In this document: positions 12,501 to 22,234 of the stretch, piece by piece
Layout: each line of letters starts with the position of its first letter
Position numbering within the stretch: position 1 is the stretch's first letter
Assembly (NCBI GenBank): GCA_032718475.1
Contig: JAUCBJ010006570.1
Location: 43,916 to 107,915 of the forward strand
Direction: 5' to 3'
Source of the DNA: Nemertoderma westbladi
Lineage: Eukaryota > Animalia > Xenacoelomorpha
DNA: 64,000 nt
Translations under genes and position numbers: made by a program
Notes under the pieces: model-generated
Seen by the model: the letters and a program-made list of their open reading frames with translations, nothing else
Database searches by the model: none
What the model was told of the DNA's origin: nothing

Positions 12501-13380
12501 AAGACAGTGTGCCTCTCCCCTATGTTCTCCTTCACGAGGGCAGTGTGCCTCGCCCCTATGTTCTCCTTCACGAAGACAGTGTGCCTCTCCCCTATGTTCT
12601 CCTTCACGAAGGCAGTGTGCCTCTCCCCTATGTTCTCCTTCACGAAGACAGTGTGCCTCTCCCCTATGTTCTCCTTCACGAAGGCAGTGTGCCTCTCCCC
12701 TATGTTCTCCTTCACGAAGGCAGTGTGCCTGTCCTTATGTTATCTTTCACGAAGGCAGTGTGCCTCGCCCCTATGTTCTCCTTCACGAAGACAGTGTGCC
12801 TCTCCCCTATGTTCTCCTTCACGAGGGCAGTGTGCCTCGCCCCTATGTTCTCCTTCACGAAGACAGTGTGCCTCTCCCCTATGTTCTCCTTCACGAAGGC
12901 AGTGTGCCTCTCCCCTATGTTCTCCTTCACGAAGGCAGTGTGCCTGTCCCTATATTCTCCTTCACGAAGGCAGTGTGCCTGTCCCTGTGTTCTCCTTAAC
13001 GAGGGTAGTGTGCCTCGCCCCTATGTTCTCCTTAACGAGGGCAGTGTGCCTGTCCCTATGTTATCTTTCACGAAGGCAGTGTGCCTGTCCCTGTGTTCTC
13101 CTTAACGAGGGCAGTGTGCCTCTCCCCTATGTTCTCCTTCACGAAGGCAGTGTGCCTGTCCCTATGTTATCTTTCACGAAGGCAGTGTGCCTGTCCCTGT
13201 GTTCTCCTTAACGGGGGCAGTGTGCCTCTCCCCTATGTTATCTTTCACGACAGGCAGTGTGCCTGTCCCTATGTTATCTTTCACGAAGGCAGTGTGCCTG
13301 TCCCTGTGTTCTCCTTAACGGGGGCAGTGTGCCTCTCCCCTATGTTCTCCTTCACGAAGGCAGTGTGCCTGTCCCTATAT
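9552..13380. repeat. 35-bp satellite array (GCAGTGTGCCTGTCCCTATGTTCTCCTTCACGAAG, 33/36-bp variants), about 108 units, with an 810-bp higher-order duplication
   Basis: Direct reading. Identical variant patterns recur 810 bp apart (e.g. ORFs at 10462/11272 and 10712/11522). Confidence 0.95.
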
Positions 13381-14089
13381 TCATTGGAGTGTTCTAAGTA
13401 GATTAAAGAAAATTTCGACTCAATAGGCCTACCGGTACCAGCGATATGGTCATCCAAAGTCTGCGTCCGGTAATTCGAAATTATTTCGAAAACCCTTGAT
13501 CGAATTTTTTTCTTGAAAAAATGTGAATGTACAGTTAGTGGACCCGCATCTAACGATATATCATAATCCATGTTTCGGATGACAGGTACCGGTGAAATCA
13601 GACTTTACCGAAAAAAAATTCAAATTTTAGCTACTCATGTCTGACTATCTCGAAAACTATAACAGGTATGGAAATACTTTCACTGCAAGAAATGTTCACC
13701 TATCTGTAAAAGCTTTTGCGGGATGTAACTGGCCCTTTTTCTCCGCAATCCAGTTTTCCCTCAATGCGCTCAAATACTCTAAAACTGCCTTGCTCGAGTG
13801 ATGCATTCTGCTGGCTGATTGGCCGATTTGCTGTACGTATGGCCTCTTTGTTCTGTTCGATTAACCAATCAGAACAATGATCGACCAATCAGAGCGATTT
13901 AGCCTTGTGTTGGCTGAGGGGTTGCAAAGGCTAGGGAGGTTTGGCATTTAGACGTTCGTGGAACCTATAGAATCCGGAGTTCTGCCAATGAGAGCTATTT
14001 CTCTTTGTGTTGAAAGCTGCCTACAACAGCCCACAGGTTTCAGTGTGTTGGTTTTCCTGATGCCATGAACATCGGCTATGGAATTATTC

Positions 14090-15341
14090 TGTAAAAGCTT
14101 TTGTGGGATAACTGATACGTTTGCCTTTGCTGGCCAGTTCCCCCCCCGGCGCTGGAATACTCTAAAAAGGTTTTCTAGCTGTATATATATTCCCCTCACC
14201 CGCAAGGTACCTTTACAGGTGTTTTAACGGACATAAAAATCATTCTGCTATATACGTGTTTTAGCGGACATGGTAAGACAAAAACTTGTAATGCACAAAC
14301 CACCTTTCACAGCTTAGCCGTGATGATTCATATTACGACATCTAGCAGCTGGTTGCTGACATGGGAACAGCCATTGGCAGCGTGGTTCTTTGTTTGGCTT
14401 GGGCCAATCAGGGCGGTTTTTCCTGTCGACGTGTAGCTTTCCTGGAAATCATGGAGAGTGTTACCTTCTGACGGGAGAGAGAGAGAGAGTTGTCACTTTT
14501 GTTATTGCTGTCTAAGCCAGAAACACCGGCATTTTTTGGATAGATACTGCTGTACCGTGAACTGCAGAACTGCTTGAATTATCGAAAGTATAAACTGTTA
14601 CCGCATCAAACTAATCTCACGAATCGAATATCACCTAACTCATTAATCATATTGTTTGTACTGTTATTTTACCGTCAGTTATTAATTGTAAATATTTGTT
14701 GATGGAAATATTGCTATTTGGATAATACGGATAAATCACCCAATTCCCAATTTTCTTGATAACACTACAGGTTAGAGAGACCGGCTATATATAACAATTG
14801 CGATTTATATTAATGTGGTGTGTATTGAATCCAATGTTATTTAGCAGACCCTACGCGAGTCAATTACTGCTCTCTTTATGTGTGATCAAATGTACTGACT
14901 GTCGGCAGAATAGTGTGTATGATTGTGATTGGTAACAAAGTATTTCCTAAAGAATACGTTTTATACTTTAATCAGCAGCAGTATCGTTGCGTTTAGTATA
15001 AGTCTTAGTTCTGTTTAAATAGGTAAAGCGCCACGTCCTAAAGGAACTGTTAATATTTCCCGAAAGCCAATAATATCTGTCAGAGATTAATTATTAACGA
15101 TCTATCGAATAATACATTAGGTATACACTGCAACCTTACACTGTAATAATACAATTCAAGCATCCGAATTCAGTCTCCCGGGTGTAGATCCATCGGGTGA
15201 ATGATCGCGCATGGGCTGACTTCGGCTAATGTTTTGCGTATTAGCATAAATTATTGTCGTATGCTAAAGTGGTTTTAATTAACGAAAAGACATATAAATT
15301 TTGGCAGGTTAAACTGCTAAAGGTCTTCGAAAGCGCGAACA
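14090..15341 (+). repeat. 5' LTR of element B
   Basis: TGTAAAAGCTTTTGTGGG...GCGCGAACA; direct repeat of 25244-26495. Confidence 0.95.
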
Positions 15342-15352
15342 GTAACAGTTTA
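15342..15352 (+). promoter_or_regulatory. Non-tRNA primer-site candidate of B (GTAACAGTTTA), complementary to LTR site 14591-14601
   Basis: No TGG after the LTR; perfect 11-nt complement TAAACTGTTAC inside the LTR. A second copy lies at 15407-15417. Confidence 0.6.
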
Positions 15353-17581
15353 AGTTCTTATTGCAGTGTAGGTATTAAATACAGTTTAATACTGTTCTGA
15401 CGAACAGTAACGGTTTACAATCTTATTGCAGTAGGCAATAGGGTTGCAAAATACCGTAGTGACTGGTAAAACTGAACCGGTACTTTGTAGGTCAGTAGGC
15501 CTAACTGTCATCACCGGTACCGGTACTGCTGTACAAGTACATTAGTATTATTCGATTTTGATTGTTGTATACCGGTAGGTCTTGGTACTTAATCAGGGAA
15601 CGGCCGCCCTGATTTTTTATTTGAGATTCTACTTATTTCTGTTGGTTTTATTTACTAGTAGGCTAATATTGAGCAGAAGGCGTGTGACCCTGCTCAGATT
15701 GTTCAGATAATTGTAGGCTGAGCTGCTGTCTGACTGTGGTTGGGTTTGGAGAGATTACGGCGTGTGTAGAGTTTGTCTGATAAAGTGCCGTTAGTAAGTT
15801 GGGGCAGTCAACACTGTAAGGTCAATCCCCTCTTAAAGAGTAAGTCGTACTACCGTGTTAGCACGCATACTAACTAACAGTTTCAGAGTCTGCATATACT
15901 GTAGTTTATTTAGGCTTGATCGTAGTCTGCCAGTGTTTTAGCCTGTGTTTGTTTGTGTGGTCTGTTCAGGTACCGTAATAGTTATTACTCAAATATTTTG
16001 TAGGCTGGATTGTTGTCTAGCTATTTTTGGGTCTGAAGGGATTGCTGCGTGTGTAGAGTGGGTCTGATCAAGCGCCGTTAGTAAGTTGGGGCAGTCAACA
16101 CTGTAAGGTCAATCCCCTCTTAAAGAGTAAGTCGTACTACCGTGTTAGCACGCATACTAACTAACATTTTCAGAATCTGCACATACAGTAGTTTGTTTAG
16201 GCTTGATAGTAGTCCGCCAGCGTTTGGTTTGTATTTGTTTGAGTATTCTGTACGGGTAGCGTAATATTTATTATTCAGAGTTTATGCGATTATTCGCAAC
16301 ATTCATGTCCCCAAGTTTATTCCTACAGTAATTGTGCTTGTTATACATACCGTTATAGTTAAACTAACCCCGGTACTACATCAGGGCTGCTTGGCGTAGG
16401 TAAAGACTGACGACTTTGTGCTTCGGTCACTCCAGCAGATGCCGTGGTTCTTTTAACTGTTCAAGTATATTTAACTACTGATTATTTGTTATATCGGTAC
16501 TTGTACCTAATTTAGGGTTTAGTGTGCAGTACCTTCCGAAGTAATTAGTGTAGGCAGTATATTTGTGTTGTAAAGTGGTTGATAGGCACATTCGTTAGCT
16601 CTATTAGCTTCTGGGTAGGAACAATCCGTGATACATAACGTAGTACCTATAGCGATACGGTTATAGGTCGTCAGGCGGTGGTATTTTCCTATCTGGACAG
16701 TACAATATATTTACTACTACTTATTATTCAAATACCGTAGTACCCTGTCTGTTTGTAATAGCCAGAAATCTAACCCTTTGTTAGGCTGGTTTGTAGACTT
16801 CCTGTAAAATTACCCTAAAAATTCGTACGTAATATTTTGTTGTGTTTAATTAGAGAATTAATCTCACCCGTATCGTAAGTAATTCGTAGTATTAAGTAAC
16901 TTAGGTAAATTAGAATTATCAGTTTTAGTGTCAAATAAATAGCACTTCACTGAGAGGCGTTCAGCTTCTGTGTAGTGACCCCCAGAAATAATAACATTTA
17001 TTTCAAATATTGTAAAAACCCTTTTTAAACGGGTATATAAATATTATAAATCAAATCAAACGATTTATAAATAGTAGGCCTGTCATACAAAACTAGGTCT
17101 CACTATCAGTTGGACTACTGCTTAAATAACGGTAACAAAGTAAGTTAAAGTAACCAAGTAGCCCTAAAATATTCAGAAATTCAATTGTTCTAAAAATAAT
17201 TGATATACCGGTACTTACAATAGGCTTATTATATTTATTTCTATAAATTTGAGCTGAAATCATACCGGTACTCTGTAATTAATTCTAGTCCAGAATTATA
17301 CTTATATACTATAAGTGTAAGCTGTATACCGGTATTCATTATAGGCCTACTATATATATATATATTTGTGCTAAAATTATATACCGGTACTCTGTGACAA
17401 ATCTAGTCTGTAATAATACTTATATATTATAAGCATCCCGGTATTCTAATATATTGTATATATATCACGTTCCACTGAGTAACGGTACCGGTAATAAATC
17501 GCTAGGCTTGTAGTTATACTGAATTACTAGATTTGCTTTAACTGAAATTATAGTAGTAGACATTCAACTGTATAACTAAAT

Positions 17582-20500
17582 ATGTCTGACACTCAGCAAA
17601 ACCTGTCGGACAGTCTGATCGAGACCACTATCTGTGATTCAGATAGGAGAGTGGAGCGAATAATAGAGAAGTTCGGCTCACCTCCTACTGTAAAAAAGGT
17701 CATCCCTCCAGTAGTATCAGACCCTAGGCTAGTCCACCATAGGTCCATCATAGGCACTCGGGCACAGGTAAAACGGGACCAAGAGGCAGCTGTCCTATCG
17801 CAACAACATCTTGGTCAAGAACCTACTTCCCAGAGACCGGATAGCTCCAGCAGTTCGGATACTGTAGAGTTAACTCCCGAACATGGAGTGCAGATGGCTG
17901 ATACAGTCTACTCGGACCCCCTTCTTACTCTTCCTGCTGCAGTACTGACTACTATACTCCTTGCGGTGGAAGAACATCAAACCGACTGGGCGAAGAATAA
18001 GCAAGCGACCCAAGATGATTACGCGGGATACGCCAGGGAAGAATTGAGATCTATTGTTGAATCACAATGGAACTTTCCCGGACTCGGACTTCCGTTTGAT
18101 ATGTCCGGGGCTACTTGGGAAGATATACACAGGATGGGAGTGGCAAAAGATACAATGGATCCAGCTGTTTGGAAGAGGTCGGCAGCGGGATATGTGCGGG
18201 GATTCTTCGGATCCTTGGAGCGATTGGAGGAACAACTGTTTCGACAACCTCACGGACCTCAAGAGCAGGAAGAACTGCTATATCACATACGCGAAAGAAC
18301 CTTACGCATTCGACTAATCCTCTCAGCCTTTGAGGAAACTTCCAAAAGAAGACAGGATACGTCGCTGCACGTTGCTGTCAAAACTTGGCTACATCGAGTA
18401 GATCGCAAAGTACAGGAAACAGCACAGTGGAAATCCCAGCTGGCTGAGAGATCAATCTATGAGGAACCAACTGATGTCACCGAACAAACTGATGTCACCC
18501 TTGCTCAAGAGGAAAGCGAAGAGGCCGCCGAGAAACCGCGAACTAGAGACGCTATCGACATTTATTTGTCCGACTATCAGCGATTCCTAGGAGACGAAGA
18601 GTTGAGGAGACGGCTACATGGACTTTCCCCTAATAGTGAAGGAACCAAGCTTATATTGGACGCGATCGATACCGAAATGTTAGCTGCAAATCAAGCTGAA
18701 TGTGATGAAAAACTCCGCCTCACTAGAGTCCGAGAAGAACAAATAAAGAAAAGAAGGATAGAGGAACAAAAGGCGGCGGATATGGCGGCGGTTATGGCAG
18801 ATGCAGAAGCCGAAAGAAAGGCAAAAGCAGCAGAAGCAGAAGCCGAAAGAAAGAAAAAGGCGGCGGAAGCAGAAGCCGAAAGAAAGGCAAAAGCGGCAGA
18901 TGCAGAAGCCAAAAGAAAGGCAGCGAAGGCAGTGGCAGAAGTAGAAAGGAGAGCATCTGAGCAGACTACCCAACTGGAGTTGGAGAATCTGCAAGAGACA
19001 CAAGACAGTATAACTAAACAGTATACTGCTAATCAGATGCAGATGATGAGAAAATCTACTCCCAAGCGCCAAGGGTACACATCATCGGAGGAAGGCGATA
19101 CTACAGACCCTGAAGGCGGAGGAGATAGATCTCATCTAAGTAGGCGTAGAAAAACATATTACCGTCGCAAATTGCCTGATTTGCCCCCAGCTGTTAAAAG
19201 ACAGCTAACTAGCACAGATTTAGGTAGTGCAGAACCCATAGAACAATTTATCCAGGTCAAAAGACTCCCTACTATAGTCGATGAACCTGAAATAATTAGG
19301 CCTGTAATTCCCAAAGTCAATTCTGTGCTAGAGACCCCTACACTTCCAGAGCTTAACTCTAAATTCCCTTTACATAGCACTACACTGCCTGTACCCGGTG
19401 GAACAGCCCATGCAAACACCCCTGTCCAGATAGCAGAGAGAGAAATTAATAATTTGTCTCCCGTCGTCCCGCGTCAGCCCGCTACTATGTTGGCGACTCC
19501 CGCTTCGGCGGTTGAGTGGGTGGAAGAGGGACGGCGGGGGATGAATCTTCTGCTAGGACAGATGCAGGAGACTGTCCACCAACTTAAGGGAACAGTGAGG
19601 GAAAGTAGAGCAGAGTTGCAAGAAGTGCAGCAAAGTATCGCGCTAGAACGCGACAAATTAGTCAATATTCAAAAAGGCATACCAATGCCCCCGGTAACAT
19701 TGAGTCAACCCGTTAGGTCTGAAGTATCACATGCGCAAGGTGTGGAGCCTACACGCATCTATACTGCTAGTGAAGTTGAAACTCCTATAGCAAACCCTAT
19801 TAAGGGTGATTATAGACCTGTTATTAATGATATTCCCTATAGACCTGATAATGATCCGAGAAATTTGGATACCGATAATTCGATATTAAATAACACGATG
19901 GCCCAAGAAAGCTTTACGCGTCAGATGGCTAGAACAGAAGCCCGCCAAGCGGTCAAAGTGGGAGAGATCGTCAAATTCAATGGGGATGAGATGAAATGGT
20001 TACCTTTCAACGAATATTACAAAGATAGCATACAGAACTCTGTACTATCTAATGGAGAGAAACTTAGATTCCTCATCAAGTGTTTGGAAGGACCCCCCAA
20101 GTCAATGGCGTTAAAGTTTATTGGACATCCAGATGGATTAAGACAAGTTTGGAATACATTAAACATCAGGTATGGTAATAAAGACAACATCGCTAAGTAT
20201 CTGTATACAAAATTGGTAGCCCCCCGACACTTCCTTAGTAGTGGGATTATAGAATTTTCAGATGAAATACAAGAGATCTGTAGACAACTGGACTGGTTAG
20301 GTAAGTCGCACGAATACCAGAGTTCCATGGTTATTGGAGCCGTAGTCTCTACTTTACCAAAGGGTGGAGTATGTACACGCTGGGACAAGAAAGTGTTGTA
20401 CATGAATGACCAACAACGACGAAGCCCTACTATGGCTGATCTCATGTCGTTCTTGGATGGTGAAGTCAGACTACAACTCATAAGGCAGGCCAGAGAGAAA

Positions 20501-22234
20501 ACGTCGGAAAATAAGGTAAGTGAGAAACCCGATTCTAGGAGAAGGATAATACCAGTGTGTTATACTGACGACGGCGAAAGCCAAGCTTCTCAAGAAGAGG
20601 ACAGCGGGAAAGACACAGCAAAATCTTACTATGACAACAGGACCTATAAAGACGTAAGTAAATACAAGTCTCGAACCAGTGACAGGAGAGAACAGGTAAC
20701 AACAACTCCTCCTACGTCTCCTAAGAGAATTCACGGAAGAAAGCCCGAAGAAAGAACGAGAGTGCAGAACGTTAACCAAGTTAAGGTGAGTAACATCAAA
20801 CCAAAATGTGCGCTGTGCGACGGGCCTCACCGTTTGAGTGCGTGTGCTGAATTTCTAAAGAAATCCCCTGTAGACAGACGTACAGTCCTGTGGAATAAGC
20901 GGTTATGCTATAATTGCCTCAGATCAGGACACCAACGGCGAACCTGTTACTCCGACGCAAAGTGTGCAAAGTGTGGCGCGAAACATCATAGCTTGTTGCA
21001 CACGGAATTCGAACGAGACAACCCGAGTCAGGTAAGTGAGCCCGAATTACATGTCCAATTCAGTGATGTGAACGACACTGACCAAGGTTCTGAGTGGGAA
21101 GGATTCTATACAGACGAATTCTCCGATGCCAACGAATCCTGTTATCTAATAAATACCACAGTGTATCGAGCACTTACGGATGAAAAGGACACTGACGAGT
21201 TTACTCCAACTCCTTTTGACAAACAACCATCTTGGAAAGTTCCAACTTCCAACATAGGAATAAGAGAATTTCCTGTAGTGCAAGTTCGAGTTCATGGTCC
21301 CAACAAGAGTTACATAGTGAACGCCCTACTTGACTCCGGCAGCACAGGAACATTCATCGATCAAGAACTAGCCGAAGATATCTTTGCCGGACAACCCAAG
21401 TTCCGGACTAAATTGAATATGTCAGGAATTATGCAGGTTTGGAAATCTACCCTAACGGCAGATTACTATGTAGGTGTGTTGTCCACCCCCCAGGATAAGT
21501 TAGGAACACAAGGTGTAAGGTCAGTAAAAATGGTGGCTATAAAGAACTTTGCTACTACTCAAGCAGACCTTTATAATTGGGACGAAGATGAGAGCGTCCA
21601 ACATCTTGAGATACCTCGATTCCAAACCGATTATCCTGGAGTGCAAATACTCATCGGCCAAAACGCGCATGAGGCGCTCGAGCCATTAGAGAAACGGCCT
21701 GCTCAACCACAGCCACTACAAACATATGCGGTAAGAACTAGAGTAGGTTGGTACTTCACTGGCCCTTCCCGTAGAACTCTCAAAGAGAGATTCCCTCAAC
21801 AACAGGTATACCAAGTAAAGGGGGAAGTGGAGAGCAGTGATGTGGACGATCCAACTGAGGGAACACCATACTCCTCAGATAATGACGATATTAACTCCAA
21901 TGTAGATCAATGGAGACATTGCCTTGGGACGATTAATCCAGCCAACATCGCTTCCAGAGGAGCAACTCCTCAAGAACTGATAGATACTCCAGGCTGGTTA
22001 GGTGGATCCGACTCCTTAAGTAAAGAAGAAGAAGAATGGCCTCCTCATCTTACCACGGCAGAGAGTAGACAGGCCAAGGGAGCGGAGAAACTAACACAAC
22101 AACTCAATCGCCCAGCTGGTCGTTTATGTTTACTGGAAAGAGACCGAAAACTGTCCGGAAACCATGGAAGGCAGGATACTCTTCCTACGACCACTTCCCT
22201 AATTCGACAAAGATCTAGGGACTCCATAACGTAA
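17582..22234 (+). CDS. gag: Bel/Pao-type Gag-protease polyprotein (1550 aa), lacking RT/RNase H/integrase except short vestiges
   Basis: Coiled-coil AEAERK repeats; DUF1759-like capsid (KFNGDEMKWLPF...EKLRFLIKCLEG); three Zn knuckles (CALCDGPHRLSAC, CYNCLRSGHQRRTC, CAKCGAKHHSLLH); aspartic protease ALLDSGST; vestiges QWRHCLGTINPANIASRG...WP and RPAGRLCLLE. The frame is uninterrupted. Confidence 0.9.
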   Translation: MSDTQQNLSDSLIETTICDSDRRVERIIEKFGSPPTVKKVIPPVVSDPRLVHHRSIIGTRAQVKRDQEAAVLSQQHLGQEPTSQRPDSSSSSDTVELTPEHGVQMADTVYSDPLLTLPAAVLTTILLAVEEHQTDWAKNKQATQDDYAGYAREELRSIVESQWNFPGLGLPFDMSGATWEDIHRMGVAKDTMDPAVWKRSAAGYVRGFFGSLERLEEQLFRQPHGPQEQEELLYHIRERTLRIRLILSAFEETSKRRQDTSLHVAVKTWLHRVDRKVQETAQWKSQLAERSIYEEPTDVTEQTDVTLAQEESEEAAEKPRTRDAIDIYLSDYQRFLGDEELRRRLHGLSPNSEGTKLILDAIDTEMLAANQAECDEKLRLTRVREEQIKKRRIEEQKAADMAAVMADAEAERKAKAAEAEAERKKKAAEAEAERKAKAADAEAKRKAAKAVAEVERRASEQTTQLELENLQETQDSITKQYTANQMQMMRKSTPKRQGYTSSEEGDTTDPEGGGDRSHLSRRRKTYYRRKLPDLPPAVKRQLTSTDLGSAEPIEQFIQVKRLPTIVDEPEIIRPVIPKVNSVLETPTLPELNSKFPLHSTTLPVPGGTAHANTPVQIAEREINNLSPVVPRQPATMLATPASAVEWVEEGRRGMNLLLGQMQETVHQLKGTVRESRAELQEVQQSIALERDKLVNIQKGIPMPPVTLSQPVRSEVSHAQGVEPTRIYTASEVETPIANPIKGDYRPVINDIPYRPDNDPRNLDTDNSILNNTMAQESFTRQMARTEARQAVKVGEIVKFNGDEMKWLPFNEYYKDSIQNSVLSNGEKLRFLIKCLEGPPKSMALKFIGHPDGLRQVWNTLNIRYGNKDNIAKYLYTKLVAPRHFLSSGIIEFSDEIQEICRQLDWLGKSHEYQSSMVIGAVVSTLPKGGVCTRWDKKVLYMNDQQRRSPTMADLMSFLDGEVRLQLIRQAREKTSENKVSEKPDSRRRIIPVCYTDDGESQASQEEDSGKDTAKSYYDNRTYKDVSKYKSRTSDRREQVTTTPPTSPKRIHGRKPEERTRVQNVNQVKVSNIKPKCALCDGPHRLSACAEFLKKSPVDRRTVLWNKRLCYNCLRSGHQRRTCYSDAKCAKCGAKHHSLLHTEFERDNPSQVSEPELHVQFSDVNDTDQGSEWEGFYTDEFSDANESCYLINTTVYRALTDEKDTDEFTPTPFDKQPSWKVPTSNIGIREFPVVQVRVHGPNKSYIVNALLDSGSTGTFIDQELAEDIFAGQPKFRTKLNMSGIMQVWKSTLTADYYVGVLSTPQDKLGTQGVRSVKMVAIKNFATTQADLYNWDEDESVQHLEIPRFQTDYPGVQILIGQNAHEALEPLEKRPAQPQPLQTYAVRTRVGWYFTGPSRRTLKERFPQQQVYQVKGEVESSDVDDPTEGTPYSSDNDDINSNVDQWRHCLGTINPANIASRGATPQELIDTPGWLGGSDSLSKEEEEWPPHLTTAESRQAKGAEKLTQQLNRPAGRLCLLERDRKLSGNHGRQDTLPTTTSLIRQRSRDSIT

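Noticed and set aside
9407-13401. Many long Cys-rich ORFs (up to 539 aa) here and at 47790-49557
   Set aside because: They are translations of a 35-bp monomer with few plus-strand stops, open in all frames.
13700-14205. Small ORFs duplicated at 13700/45142, 13948/25162 and 26969/35460
   Set aside because: They lie in LTRs and recur only because the LTRs are repeated; there is no coding evidence.
17200-17500. Frequent TACCGGTA and TAGGCCTA palindromic octamers as a specific signal
   Set aside because: They are scattered across the whole window in unrelated contexts, and no specific role can be supported here.
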